Assembly: GCA_040753215.1 (NCBI GenBank)
Contig: JBFMEZ010000025.1
Coordinates: 74,440 to 138,439, forward strand
Origin: Candidatus Micrarchaeota archaeon
GTDB taxonomy: Archaea > Micrarchaeota > Micrarchaeia > Anstonellales > Bilamarchaeaceae
Direction: 5' to 3'
DNA length: 64,000 bases
Shown: positions 46,933 to 57,166 of the stretch, one piece after another
Layout: each line of letters begins with the position of its first letter
Position numbering within the stretch: the first letter of the stretch is position 1
Position numbers and translations under genes: made by a program
Notes under the pieces: model-generated
The model's input: the letters and a program-made list of their open reading frames with translations, nothing else
Told to the model about the DNA's origin: nothing
Database searches by the model: none

Positions 46933-47469
46933 CTACTCGTTCTTCTTTTTCTTCTGCATTTCCAACATATCCAGGAGAGTAAGCTCAGTCTTCCCCCCTC
47001 CGCCTTTAGGGGTAGGTGAAACCGAGACCTCCACCTTCTCCACTAATTTTATTCCCAAGGCCTTCTCCAGTTTCCTCGCCTCCTCCAGGCTGGGCGCAAC
47101 CCTCTCATTCTCAATCTTGTCCAGCCAGGAGGCCTTCACATTCACTTTCCGCGCCAGCTCCTCAATCGTCATCACGCGCGTCTTCTTCTCCTTCTTCCCG
47201 TATTCGTTCACTTCCTCAAAAGTAATCTTTACATTCTCCCGCGCCCTCCTGATTTTCCGCCCGTACCCGTCCACCACTTCCTCTTCCATCCGGAACTGTT
47301 TCGGAGTAGTATAGTCCACTTTAACGGGCGCTTCCTCTTCTTCCCCGCTCCCCAAAGAATGCAGAATCTTCCCGTGGTAGGCGCAGCGGGGGCACACCGC
47401 CATCTTCGCGCCCTCCACCGCGATTATGAAGGCAACCCCCTTCCTCCCGCAGATGTCGCAATCCACCAT
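46933..47469 (-). CDS. Multiprotein bridging factor aMBF1
   Basis: CDICG...VEGAKMAVCPRC zinc ribbon plus HTH IRRARE...ELARKV...LEKALGIKL. Confidence 0.85.
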   Translation of the reverse strand: MVDCDICGRKGVAFIIAVEGAKMAVCPRCAYHGKILHSLGSGEEEEAPVKVDYTTPKQFRMEEEVVDGYGRKIRRARENVKITFEEVNEYGKKEKKTRVMTIEELARKVNVKASWLDKIENERVAPSLEEARKLEKALGIKLVEKVEVSVSPTPKGGGGKTELTLLDMLEMQKKKKNE

Positions 47470-47518
47470 AAGCTAATTTTGCAGTTATTCTTATAAGCTA
47501 TGCCTCCCCTACCCAACC

Positions 47519-47938
47519 ATGAAAACAATCTCCAACCTCCAGGAGCTTCTCAAGAACATGAAGCCAACCCTCTCAAAGGGAAAATTCTACATGGCTTCAA
47601 TAGATGAATCCGAACTTATGGCTCTTGCCGGCTATGCAGATTACATAACCGACATATTCCGCGAGAAGGAGGGCCTGAGCATCGTGTTTTCCGAAGAAAT
47701 AAAGGAAGAGATGGAAAGCTTGACTGAAAAGAAGATATTCGGCCCCTTCGCCCTCATAACCCTAAATGTATACTCCGACCTCATGGCAGTGGGCTTCCTT
47801 GCAAAAATAACAGAAACCCTTGCGAAGGAAAAAATAAGCGTGAACGCCTTCTCCGCCTACAACCACGACCATCTTTTCGTCCCATACGAAAGGAAGGAAG
47901 ACGCCCTAAAGGCACTTCAGAAGCTCCAGAAAAGCTGA
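47519..47938 (+). CDS. ACT-domain protein (DUF2241-like)
   Basis: LLKNMKP.L, FREKEGLS, ITLNVYSDLMAVGF, HDHLFVP. Confidence 0.85.
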   Translation: MKTISNLQELLKNMKPTLSKGKFYMASIDESELMALAGYADYITDIFREKEGLSIVFSEEIKEEMESLTEKKIFGPFALITLNVYSDLMAVGFLAKITETLAKEKISVNAFSAYNHDHLFVPYERKEDALKALQKLQKS

Positions 47939-47995
47939 GGCAAAATCCCGCACAAAGGTAAAGTGTTTTAATCCCGCCCCTCCAAATCCCTCCCA

Positions 47996-49348
47996 ATGGA
48001 CCACGTCAAGCTCTTCGCAGTAATACTCCTCACGGCAATCGCTATCTGGGCAATAGTCCAGACCGACCTACCGCCCACTGCAAAGTTCATCTCTTCGATA
48101 ATAATCCTCGCCATCTCCGGAGAGATAATCGCCCGCATCGCAAAGCTCCACAGCGACTGGGGCCTCATCCTTCTCCGCACCCAGAAGGGGATAGACATGG
48201 CAAGGGATTTTGCAAAAAGGGAAAAGTTCTGGAACCTCTTCTCTGATTTCGGCCTCGCCCTTTCCTATGGAATCCTCTCCTTCTTCGTAATAGAGAGAAG
48301 GGGCGCAAAAGAGAAGGCAGGCATAATCGCAGCCGCCCTCCTCACCATAACCTTCCTCCTCTTCTTCGTCTCGCCGCTCATCCTCCCCTTCCTTTCCTAC
48401 ACGCTCGGGATGCCGATAGGTGGAGGAAGGGCCGCGCATATAGACCCGCTCAGCTCCCTCCTCATTCTCGCCCTGGTCTATGTCGGCGGCTTCGTGTTCT
48501 TCATAACCGCCAGCCTCCTAATGTACGCGTTTGTGGTGATAGGCGCGGTCGCATCCACCCTTTTATGGGGAACAACCGCAATCTCAGAGACCGCTCCCGG
48601 CCTCACCCTTATTCTCCCGGGCATAAACATCCCGCTTTTCGAGGGCCTGCTCGCCCTCATAATCATCCTTCTGGTCCATGAAGGCGCCCACGCGGTCCTC
48701 GCGGTAATAGGGAAAATCCCCATCCTCTCCTCAGGAATCGCATTCTTTGGGATAGTCCCAATAGGAGCATTTGTGGAGCCCGATGAGAAGCGTCTTGCCA
48801 CCAAATCCCCAGAAGTGCAGAAGCGCGTAATAGTCGCGGGCTCCACTGCCAATCTAACCACCTCCATCCTCTTCTTCATCCTCCTCATTGCTTTCCTCTC
48901 CCTTTCCGCACCGTTCAAGGAAAAGGGATGGTATGTGCTCAGCGGAATGGACAACGGGACCATAATTTATGCGATAAATGGAATCCCGGTGGAAAACCTT
49001 CCGGAAAATTATGCTGCCCCGAACACCACCATAAACCTCACCACCAATCGCGGAATAATCGAACGCACCGCCAATTCCACCGGAGGCTACGACATCTCAT
49101 ACATCCCGATGGACTACGCACCCTTCACCCAATACGCGAACCCGATCCTTTCCTTCATCTTCAAAACTTTAGTCCTCGCATTCGCCCTCAATTTCATCAT
49201 AGGAGTAGTCAACCTCCTCCCGCTCCCCTTCTTCGATGGGATGCGTTTGCTGGAATTGTCCGTAAACAATAAGCGCTTCACTGATTTTGTAATGTATCTC
49301 ATCCTGGCGGCTTTTCTGTCCAATTTACTCCCCTGGTTCTTCAGATAA
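47996..49348 (+). CDS. Site-2 protease (M50) membrane metalloprotease
   Basis: HEGAH, GAFVEPD, AGSTAN, NLLPLPFFDG. Confidence 0.9.
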   Translation: MDHVKLFAVILLTAIAIWAIVQTDLPPTAKFISSIIILAISGEIIARIAKLHSDWGLILLRTQKGIDMARDFAKREKFWNLFSDFGLALSYGILSFFVIERRGAKEKAGIIAAALLTITFLLFFVSPLILPFLSYTLGMPIGGGRAAHIDPLSSLLILALVYVGGFVFFITASLLMYAFVVIGAVASTLLWGTTAISETAPGLTLILPGINIPLFEGLLALIIILLVHEGAHAVLAVIGKIPILSSGIAFFGIVPIGAFVEPDEKRLATKSPEVQKRVIVAGSTANLTTSILFFILLIAFLSLSAPFKEKGWYVLSGMDNGTIIYAINGIPVENLPENYAAPNTTINLTTNRGIIERTANSTGGYDISYIPMDYAPFTQYANPILSFIFKTLVLAFALNFIIGVVNLLPLPFFDGMRLLELSVNNKRFTDFVMYLILAAFLSNLLPWFFR

Positions 49349-49467
49349 TTTTACCGCATTCATCCAACATTGATTACTGGCATTACTGGAACCGAGGTCT
49401 CCTTTTATTTAAAAATAGCCCCATATAAATACATATACAATAGAACATATATGGGGTTCTGAAAAAG

Positions 49468-49782
49468 GTGAAGAAAATGGAGGAAAGATTGGAGGAGTTT
49501 GAGGAAATAGAGGAGCCAAAAAAGGGGAGAAAGCCAAGTTCTGATGAGTCCGAATCCGCACCGAGCGAAAGCGTTGGCGCGAGGCCGGACTTCCGCGTGG
49601 TCCAGACCGAAAGGGATGCGGAGGGCAAGACAATATACAAGAACGTGGGTGGGCTCTGGAAGCGCACGAGCAAGAATGGAAACACATACTACAGCATGAG
49701 CATAGGCCGATTGAGGCTGCTCGTATTCCCTAACGACAGGGATGGTGGTTCTTATGGCAGAGAAGACAGAGAAGAAATATGA
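49468..49782 (+). CDS. Small protein, DUF736-like
   Basis: PDFRVV...VGGLWKRTSKNGNTYYS; overlaps the radA start. Confidence 0.6.
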   Translation: MKKMEERLEEFEEIEEPKKGRKPSSDESESAPSESVGARPDFRVVQTERDAEGKTIYKNVGGLWKRTSKNGNTYYSMSIGRLRLLVFPNDRDGGSYGREDREEI

Positions 49783-52252
49783 GCTCCCGAAGGAGCTGGA
49801 GGACCTTCCTGGAATAGGGGAGGCGACCGCGGAGAGGCTGCGCAAGGCCGGTTATACATCTATGGACCAGATTGCGGCCGCGATGCCCCACGAGCTCGCG
49901 GAAGCGGGTGAATTCGGGGCGGAAGCCGCAAAGAAGGCCATCGCAGTTGCGCAGGAAGCTGTGGAGACCGGCTACGAGACCGCGGACCTGATATTCGAGC
50001 GCAGGAAGGAAATCAAGAGGATTCCAACCGGCTCCAAGAACTTCGACGATTTGATTGGAGGCGGAGTGGAGACCCAGGCAATCACCGAGTGCTTCGGAAA
50101 GTTCAGTTCTGGGAAATGTGTTTCCGGGGATACCCCGCTGGTCTTCTTCAATTCCAGCTCCCCGCACATTCGCTCCTTTGAGGACGTATATAATACATAC
50201 AAGACCGAAGAGTTCGAGCAGGATGGCGGCACATTCTCCGTTCCCTCAAAGGAACTGCACGTGCTCAGCCTCGGGGATGACTGCCAATTGAGGAAGGAAA
50301 AGGTCCAGCACCTCTACAAGGAGAAAGTAACTTCGATACAAGAGATGGAAACCTCCCGCGGCTCGGTCATAAAGGCGACGAAGAGGCACCCGCTCCTCGT
50401 TTTCTCAGAAGAAGGGATGGAGTGGAAATCTTCTGGCCTTCTTTCCGAAGGGGCGTACGTTGCGGTGCCAAAAGAGATAAGGACAGAATCAGAGACGGAG
50501 ATAAGCGCAGAGGATGCATATTTCCTCGGCCTCTTTGCCGCTGAGGGTACAGCCAATCCATTCAGCATAACCAACTACGATGAAAAAATAAACGCAAAGC
50601 TGCACGACTACATACGAAAGAGGTTCGGCAGGGAGCCGTCCTTCAGGAAGGAGAGGGGCCTCACGCTCCTTTTCAAGGACGCAGAACCTTTGCTCGGGGA
50701 GCTCGCCTCTTCCAATTCCGGGACGAAGTTCATACCGGACAGCGTGCTCAGCGGAAGTGATGAGATTGCTGCCTCATTCCTGTCGGGCTACATAGATGGC
50801 GACGGCTTCGTCTCCAACTGCCCCGAGCTTTGCACGAAATCCGCAAAACTCGCCTCCCAGCTGACCTACCTCCTTTCCCGCTTTGGGATAGGCTGCTCGG
50901 TCAGGCACAAGAAGGTGGAGGAGAGCAGGTTCTACAGGATTTTCATAACCGACGCAGGAAGCAAAACGCGCCTCATGAAAATCCTGGGCCAGAGCACGAA
51001 GGGCCTGGATGCGCTTTCCTGCGAAGGCAAGCACTCGGAATACGGGATTCCGTCCAAACCATTGCGCACAATCCTGAAGCGGCTGCACGGGAAGCTCTCA
51101 GGCACGCACAGGAGGGACATCTCGGCCAAGAAGGCGGAAATAGCGGAGGGAAAGTTCTTCAGCCTCTATTTTAACTACCTTGCAAGGACTCCCGCGACCC
51201 GCGTGGCCACGGAAGAAACCGTGAAGCTTGCCCTGGATTTCTACAGGGAGAGGGTAGGGAAGATGCGCGGGCACGAGGCGCTCCTCTCGGAGCCAACAAG
51301 TGAAAAAATCCTCAACGCGCTTAGGGACATTCTGTTCAAGAGCACTGCCCTTGTGCAGAGGCTCGGGATAAAGAGGCCGACCTTCCAGAATTTCGTAACC
51401 AGGAAGAAAGTTCCGGAGGAAAGGGTTGCGCAGGTCGCCTCGGCTATCCGCACCCTTATTGCGGAGACTCTCTCGGACCCAGCCCTTGCAAAAGACCTCA
51501 AGACGCTGGAACTGCTCGCAAACGGGAACATGCGCTGGGAAAAGGTCATAAGGATGGAAGAGAAGCCCTACGACGGATATGTGTACGACCTGGTCGTTCC
51601 GGGGGCGCACAACTTCGTCGCTGGCTTCAAGCCGATGCTGATGCACAACACGCAGGTCGGCTTCCAGCTCGCGGTGAACGCCCAGAAGGCCCTCTCAGCC
51701 AACGGAACGCCCGCAAGGGTCCTCTTCATAGACACGGAAAGCACCTTCCGCCCGGAGAGGATAATCCAGATTGCGGAGGCGCAGGGGCTGGATCCGCAGG
51801 AGGTCCTGAAGAACATCCTCGTCGCCAAGGCTGAGAACTCAGACCACCAGCTGATTCTCGTGGAAAAGGCCGGCAACGTAATCGAGAAGGAGAACATTAA
51901 GCTGATAATAGTCGACTCCCTCACCTCCCACTTCCGCGCTGATTACGTAGGCAGGGGCGCCCTTAGCGAAAGGCAGCAGAAGCTGAACAAGCACATCCAC
52001 ACCCTGCAGAAGTATGCGGACAAGTACAACATCGCAATCTATGTGACCAACCAGGTCATGGACAACCCGGGGATTCTTTTCGGGGACCCGACCATGCCGA
52101 TTGGAGGCCACATTTTGGCGCACGCAGCGACCTACCGCCTCTACCTGCGCAAGAGCAAGGAGGAAAAAAGGATTGCGAGGCTCGTGGATTCGCCCAACAT
52201 GCCCGAAGGCGAGACGGTCTTCAAGGTCACGAAGGGCGGCGTAATCGATTAG
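49754..52252 (+). CDS. radA: DNA repair recombinase RadA, intein-containing
   Basis: LEDLPGIG, LIGGGVETQAITE.FG..SGK|TQ, IDTESTFRPERI, GRGALSERQQKL, LVDSPNMPE. Confidence 0.95.
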   Translation: MAEKTEKKYELPKELEDLPGIGEATAERLRKAGYTSMDQIAAAMPHELAEAGEFGAEAAKKAIAVAQEAVETGYETADLIFERRKEIKRIPTGSKNFDDLIGGGVETQAITECFGKFSSGKCVSGDTPLVFFNSSSPHIRSFEDVYNTYKTEEFEQDGGTFSVPSKELHVLSLGDDCQLRKEKVQHLYKEKVTSIQEMETSRGSVIKATKRHPLLVFSEEGMEWKSSGLLSEGAYVAVPKEIRTESETEISAEDAYFLGLFAAEGTANPFSITNYDEKINAKLHDYIRKRFGREPSFRKERGLTLLFKDAEPLLGELASSNSGTKFIPDSVLSGSDEIAASFLSGYIDGDGFVSNCPELCTKSAKLASQLTYLLSRFGIGCSVRHKKVEESRFYRIFITDAGSKTRLMKILGQSTKGLDALSCEGKHSEYGIPSKPLRTILKRLHGKLSGTHRRDISAKKAEIAEGKFFSLYFNYLARTPATRVATEETVKLALDFYRERVGKMRGHEALLSEPTSEKILNALRDILFKSTALVQRLGIKRPTFQNFVTRKKVPEERVAQVASAIRTLIAETLSDPALAKDLKTLELLANGNMRWEKVIRMEEKPYDGYVYDLVVPGAHNFVAGFKPMLMHNTQVGFQLAVNAQKALSANGTPARVLFIDTESTFRPERIIQIAEAQGLDPQEVLKNILVAKAENSDHQLILVEKAGNVIEKENIKLIIVDSLTSHFRADYVGRGALSERQQKLNKHIHTLQKYADKYNIAIYVTNQVMDNPGILFGDPTMPIGGHILAHAATYRLYLRKSKEEKRIARLVDSPNMPEGETVFKVTKGGVID
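50117..51649 (+). mobile_element. Intein with LAGLIDADG homing endonuclease (511 aa) in the RadA Walker A motif
   Basis: CVSGDT start, block B TKRHP, FLGLFAAEG and FLSGYIDGDG, VYDLVV...HNF...HN|T. Confidence 0.95.
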
Positions 52253-52254
52253 TT

Positions 52255-53580
52255 ATGTCTTTTGATTTTTCCCCCTTTTTGGAGGCATGCGCCGAGGCGA
52301 AGCGCACTGCCTTCTCCTTTTCCAATCCTTTAATCGTACATCACCTTGACGCCGACGGGGTATCGGCCGGCGCAATAATCGAATCCGCATTCTGCGCCGA
52401 ATGGAGAAAGCACAGAAGGATTTGCATAAAGAAATTGGGCGATACGGAATTAGACCAGATAAAAGATGAAAAAGAAATCATATTCGTGGATTTGGGCGGA
52501 GGCAATCCCCGCGTGAACGAGTTGCACGATGTCCTGATAATAGACCATCACCAGACCAAAGGCGTTGCGAAGCACCAGATTAATCCCCTCCTTTACGGAA
52601 TAGATGGCGGGGACGAGCTCAGCGCAGCCGGAACCGCAGCACTGGTCTTCAATACCCACTACGACCTCGGAGTTGTTGGTGCGGTGGGCGACATGCAATA
52701 CCCCCTCCGCGGGGCCAACCGCCTCCTAATCGAGCGCGGGCAGAAGAAAGGCGAAATAGAACTCGCAAACGAGCTCCGCATGTTCGGCCGTTACTCCCGC
52801 CCCCTCACCCAATTCCTCGCCTACTCGGATGAGCCCTACCTTCCCGGCATCTCCTTCAATGAATTGAATGCGGAAAAATTCCTCTCGGATTTGCAAATCC
52901 CTCTCCAGAAAGGAGAGAAATGGCGCACCTACTCAGACTTATCCGGATCTGAAAAGAAAAAATTAGTTTCCGCCCTTTCCGACCTCCTGGTGGAGAAAGG
53001 AAAGCCCTTCCTCGCTGAAAATCTCATCGGCGAGACCTACCTCCTCACGAAAAGGGAAAAGAGGAGCGAGACCTTCGATGCTTCCGAATTCTCCACAATG
53101 CTCAACGCATGCGGAAGGCACGGCAGGCCGGATGTCGGGGTAGCTGTCTGCCTCGGCGAAAAATGGGCAGAAGAAGAGGCAGCGCAGCTCCTCCGCCTCC
53201 ACAAGACAAGAATCCGCGAGGGAATTCTCTTCGCCCGCGAATCAATCGTGGATTTCGGCCCCTTCCTCTTCCTGGACGCACGGGACAAAATAGAGGATTC
53301 GGTGCTCGGGATAGTGTGCGGGATGGCAATAGGCGGCTCGCCCAAGCCGATTCTCGGAATCGCATCTTCCGAGGAAGGAAAATCCATAAAGGTCTCGGCT
53401 CGTGGAACCCGCGGCCAGGTGGATGCAGGCCTAAACCTCGGGAATGCGATGGCTGCAGGCGCAGAAGCGTCGGGAGGGGTGGGCGGCGGCCACAAAATCG
53501 CCGCAGGAGCAAACATCCCTTCCGGGAACCTAAATCTTTTCCTTACGGCAGTCGCCGGTTACTTACGTCAAAAGCCGTAG
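52255..53580 (+). CDS. RecJ-like DHH/DHHA1 phosphoesterase
   Basis: HLDADG, DLG, IIDHH, LNACGR, SAR, GGGHKIAAGA. Confidence 0.9.
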   Translation: MSFDFSPFLEACAEAKRTAFSFSNPLIVHHLDADGVSAGAIIESAFCAEWRKHRRICIKKLGDTELDQIKDEKEIIFVDLGGGNPRVNELHDVLIIDHHQTKGVAKHQINPLLYGIDGGDELSAAGTAALVFNTHYDLGVVGAVGDMQYPLRGANRLLIERGQKKGEIELANELRMFGRYSRPLTQFLAYSDEPYLPGISFNELNAEKFLSDLQIPLQKGEKWRTYSDLSGSEKKKLVSALSDLLVEKGKPFLAENLIGETYLLTKREKRSETFDASEFSTMLNACGRHGRPDVGVAVCLGEKWAEEEAAQLLRLHKTRIREGILFARESIVDFGPFLFLDARDKIEDSVLGIVCGMAIGGSPKPILGIASSEEGKSIKVSARGTRGQVDAGLNLGNAMAAGAEASGGVGGGHKIAAGANIPSGNLNLFLTAVAGYLRQKP

Positions 53581-53614
53581 CTATATATGGCACATAGCAA
53601 CTTTTATATACCTT

Positions 53615-54202
53615 ATGCGGAAATACAATCCTATGGGTCCGTATTCTGGCGGCAGGTTTCTGCGCACCAGCGCGATGCCGCCAAACGTAATAAAATTCAC
53701 GCCTGAGAGGCGGAAGAGGGACGTTCTCCCGCCAGACCGGCTTATGCCGGCAAAAGTAATCGATATTGCAGGGGCGCTGACAGCCAGGCGCAGCAAGGAG
53801 CTGGCCTCCGTAGCGTCTTCCCTGCAATCCGGCTGGAACATCCTGAGCGATGCCGTATTCCACGGAAAGGGCAGGCACTCCATCAATCAGGCGGTGGAAT
53901 CAATGGCCGTAAGCCTCTCCAGGATAAGCGAGATAATCAAAAGGGACCCGCACGTGCTTTTTCTCCCGGCAAATGGACGCAGGCACCTCATGTCGGACCT
54001 TGCGCAGCTCATAAAGGAGTTCACGCAGCAGAAGGACAAGGGCGCATTCAGGCGCGCGGCAGAGCCGCCCAGCGACCACTGGCTCCTCGCCTGGGTGGTA
54101 TGGAACTTCTATGTAATCGCCATGCTCACACACGGGCTGAAGATAAGCGAGGATGCAAAGCGCTATGAAGAATTCCACCAGAAGGCAGCCACCCGGCATT
54201 AG
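53615..54202 (+). CDS. Hypothetical protein
   Basis: 195-aa ORF, host-like codons; start may be downstream (53675). Confidence 0.6.
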   Translation: MRKYNPMGPYSGGRFLRTSAMPPNVIKFTPERRKRDVLPPDRLMPAKVIDIAGALTARRSKELASVASSLQSGWNILSDAVFHGKGRHSINQAVESMAVSLSRISEIIKRDPHVLFLPANGRRHLMSDLAQLIKEFTQQKDKGAFRRAAEPPSDHWLLAWVVWNFYVIAMLTHGLKISEDAKRYEEFHQKAATRH

Positions 54203-54929
54203 GAAAAGCAGGAGGCTGGGCCAGCATTTCCTCAGCAGCCCCCAAATCCTGGAATTCGAAGCCGAAGCCGCAGGGGTGGAGGGCAAAACCGTAGTAGAAA
54301 TAGGCGGGGGGGACGGAAGGCTCACAGAAAAGCTGCTTGCAAAAAGCCCGAAGAAACTGACCGTGGTGGAAAAGGATTCCCGATGGGCAGATTTCCTCGG
54401 GCACAAGTTCGGAGACAGGATAGAAGTCCTTCAGAAGGATTTCCTGGACACGGAGCTTGATGCGGAGATATTCGTGGGCAACATACCATACTACATCTCC
54501 TCCCCCATCATTTTCCACATCGCAAAAAGGGATTTCTTGCGCGCCCTCCTTATGGTCCAGGAGGAATTCGCGGAGAGGATGGCCGCGAAGCCCCACACAA
54601 AAGAATACGGGCGCCTCAGCGTCACCTCCCAGCTCCTCTTCAGGATAAAACTCCTGAAAAAGGTGAAGAGGGGCGCCTTCTCGCCCCCTCCGGAAGTGGA
54701 TTCCGCGATAATCCTGCTCGAGAAAAGAACATCCTCCCTGGACCCGTGGACAGAGAAGATAATCCTCGCCCTCTTCCAGCACAAGAACCAGATGGTTTCA
54801 AATGCCCTCAGGCATGCGGGCATAGCCCCGAAGGCATGGCTCCCGAAAAAGAGGCCCAGGGAGATGGGCCCCGAAGAAATAGTAAAACTTGCGGAGTCTA
54901 TCCGGCCTTCAGGTGCTGCTCGAGCGTGA
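54165..54929 (+). CDS. ksgA: 16S rRNA dimethyladenosine transferase; start uncertain
   Basis: LGQHFL, VEIGGG.G.LT, GNIPYYISSP, MVQEEFAER, YGRLSV, FSPPPEVDS. Confidence 0.9.
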   Translation: MKNSTRRQPPGIRKSRRLGQHFLSSPQILEFEAEAAGVEGKTVVEIGGGDGRLTEKLLAKSPKKLTVVEKDSRWADFLGHKFGDRIEVLQKDFLDTELDAEIFVGNIPYYISSPIIFHIAKRDFLRALLMVQEEFAERMAAKPHTKEYGRLSVTSQLLFRIKLLKKVKRGAFSPPPEVDSAIILLEKRTSSLDPWTEKIILALFQHKNQMVSNALRHAGIAPKAWLPKKRPREMGPEEIVKLAESIRPSGAARA

Positions 54930-55239
54930 AATTCTCCTCCCCCTCAACCGTAAGCTTCACCGGGCCCTGGGAGAGCGGATAAAAAAACTCGACCCTGTCC
55001 CCCGGCTTAAGGTCCTCTTTCACAAACACTATCGGCTCCTCGCCCACCACGTCCTCTATCACGGCCCTCTTTATCGGGATGAACGTCTGGAGGAACACCC
55101 TGCTCTTCCCCTCGTACGCGGTCTTCTCGAATTTGACGAGCGATGAGAACCTCCGCCACAGGAAGAAGAGTATTATCAGGAATACTGCCAGCCCGAAGAA
55201 CGCAAACAAGCCCAGGAGTATCAGCTTTATGTCCATCAA
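54898..55239 (-). CDS. Hypothetical membrane protein
   Basis: Single N-terminal hydrophobic helix; coupled to the PIN gene. Confidence 0.65.
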   Translation of the reverse strand: MMDIKLILLGLFAFFGLAVFLIILFFLWRRFSSLVKFEKTAYEGKSRVFLQTFIPIKRAVIEDVVGEEPIVFVKEDLKPGDRVEFFYPLSQGPVKLTVEGEENFTLEQHLKAG

Positions 55240-55613
55240 ACCATCCCAAGCCTCGCCCTGGAACGCAGCACAATGACCTTTACTCCCGCATTTTTTAATT
55301 TATGCCTGAGCGCGGCATCGTTCGTCGCCACAACCGCGCCCTCCTTTTCGGCGTATTCAGCAATCCAGCCGTCCACATCCCCGGCGCTCCTCACCCTCCT
55401 TACTTTATGCGCCTCCAGGAACTTCAGCGCAAACCTCGCTGCCGCCCCCTCCTTCCCCCTGCCCTTCGCGAGCTTCCCAAGCTCCGCGGCCACGCCATCG
55501 GGCACGACAAGCTCGTGCGGCGCCTCCAGCAGCCCCTCAATCTGCTTTGCGATGTCCACTCCGAACTGGTAGGGGAGGAGCAGGAAGTTCGTGTCCAGGA
55601 CAACCTTCTTCAG
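55236..55613 (-). CDS. PIN-domain protein (Fcf1/Utp24-like)
   Basis: KKVVLDTNFLLLPYQFGVDI upstream of the tracked start; VATNDAAL; CTG start proposed. Confidence 0.8.
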   Translation of the reverse strand: MKKVVLDTNFLLLPYQFGVDIAKQIEGLLEAPHELVVPDGVAAELGKLAKGRGKEGAAARFALKFLEAHKVRRVRSAGDVDGWIAEYAEKEGAVVATNDAALRHKLKNAGVKVIVLRSRARLGMV

Positions 55614-56710
55614 GATAGAATCTCCCCTATAATCCTGTCGGGGTCGAACGGCTCGATGTCCCCGTACCCCTGCCCGGTCCCCACGTATATCACCGGCAGC
55701 CCGGTCACCTTTGACACGGAAACAACCGCCCCTCCCTTCGCATCGCAGTCCAGCTTGGTGAGTATCACGCCGTCAAGCCCTATCTCCTTATGGAAAACCG
55801 AAATCTGCTCCACAATCGCGTTCCCCGCGATGCTCTCCCCGACATAAATCTTGAGCTGCGGCGCGATGACCCTGTCCATCTTCTTCAGCTGGTTTATGAG
55901 GTTTATGTTCGTGTCCTGCCTTCCCGCAGTGTCTATGAGCACTGCATCCGCCCCGTGCGCCTTCGCGTATTCCACCGCGTCGAACGCGAGCGCGGTCGGG
56001 TCCGAGCCGTAGGCGCCCGAGACGACCTTCACCCCGAGCCGGTCCCCGTGGTGCCTAAGCTGCTCCACTGCAGCAGCCCTGAAGGTGTCCGAAGCCGCAA
56101 TCACGACCGATAGCCCCTCATTCTGCAGCATCTTCGTTATCTTCGCTATCGTGGTTGTTTTCCCTGAGCCGTTCGGCCCCATGATCATTACCTTCGCAGG
56201 CTTTTCCGTTTCCCTCACCCTCTCCGGGATGGAAAAGCCCTTCACGCCCACAAGCCCGATGAGCGTCTCCCTGAGCTGCCCCTTCACGAATTCCGCGGTC
56301 TTTCCCTTCGGGATTTTCGCCCCCACGACCCTCTTCCTGAGCTCTTTCTTCACGTCCTCGGCAACCTCAAGCGCCACATCGCTCTCTATGAGCCCGAGCT
56401 CCAGTTCGTCCAGCAGCTCCCCGACCTCGGATTCCTTTATCTCCGATGCGCCGGTGATGGTCTCCTTTACGGCAGAAAAGATATCCTTCCTTACCTTCCT
56501 TTCCAGCTCCGCGGTTTCCTGCCCCGCAACCCTTCCGGTTTCCAGTTTCCGGCTCCCAGTTTCCCGGGCGCGTTCCTCCCTCCTTTCCATAATTGGGGCG
56601 GCTGCCTCCGCCGCCTTTTTCTCTTCAAAAACAGCCTCCGGCTTCCTCTCCTCCTTCCCGGCTATGCTCTCCACGAAACCCGAAATCTTCTTCTTCAGGA
56701 GCTCAAACAC
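55610..56710 (-). CDS. ftsY: SRP receptor FtsY
   Basis: GPNGSGKTTTIAK, DTFRAAA, DTAGR, TKLD.DAKGG, GTGQ. Confidence 0.95.
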   Translation of the reverse strand: MFELLKKKISGFVESIAGKEERKPEAVFEEKKAAEAAAPIMERREERARETGSRKLETGRVAGQETAELERKVRKDIFSAVKETITGASEIKESEVGELLDELELGLIESDVALEVAEDVKKELRKRVVGAKIPKGKTAEFVKGQLRETLIGLVGVKGFSIPERVRETEKPAKVMIMGPNGSGKTTTIAKITKMLQNEGLSVVIAASDTFRAAAVEQLRHHGDRLGVKVVSGAYGSDPTALAFDAVEYAKAHGADAVLIDTAGRQDTNINLINQLKKMDRVIAPQLKIYVGESIAGNAIVEQISVFHKEIGLDGVILTKLDCDAKGGAVVSVSKVTGLPVIYVGTGQGYGDIEPFDPDRIIGEILS

Positions 56711-56750
56711 TCAATACCCTCTCCCTTCCGGCATCGTGCGCACCTGCGCA

Positions 56751-57155
56751 TCAGCCAGCCTCCTCATGGGCCCTTCCCCCCTTTTCCCTGTATGCCTTTT
56801 CAAGCCTCGCGAACTCCTCGTCAGCCTTCCTGAGCTCGTTCCTGAGGTTCTGGATTGCGGCCTCAGTCATCTTCATGCGCGCATCTATCTCCTTCTTCGC
56901 GCCCTCCGCATCGTATTCCATTATGTAGTTCGCGCCTACCGGGATGTACACCTTCTTCGCCTCAAGCCTCGCCTTTATGAACGCCCCGCCGCCCACGGGC
57001 ACGAGCCCCTGCTCCTCCTTCATCTGGGCGATTGTGGTGAGCGAATTGTTCAGGTCCAGCATGGAGAGCATCATCCTCTCCACCTCCCTCTCTATGTAAT
57101 TCCTCTGCTGCCCCACAAGCCTTGCCCGCGAAACGATCTCTTCCCTCTCCATCAT
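56751..57155 (-). CDS. pfdA: Prefoldin alpha subunit
   Basis: LVPVGGGAFIKA...PVGANY between coiled coils; synteny L18a-pfdA-ftsY. Confidence 0.9.
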   Translation of the reverse strand: MMEREEIVSRARLVGQQRNYIEREVERMMLSMLDLNNSLTTIAQMKEEQGLVPVGGGAFIKARLEAKKVYIPVGANYIMEYDAEGAKKEIDARMKMTEAAIQNLRNELRKADEEFARLEKAYREKGGRAHEEAG

Positions 57156-57166
57156 CCCACCTTTTC

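Noticed and set aside
47170..47240. Extra segment in the aMBF1 HTH (VKITFEEVNEYGKKEKKTRV)
   Set aside because: No repeat or palindrome signature; cannot judge novelty without an alignment
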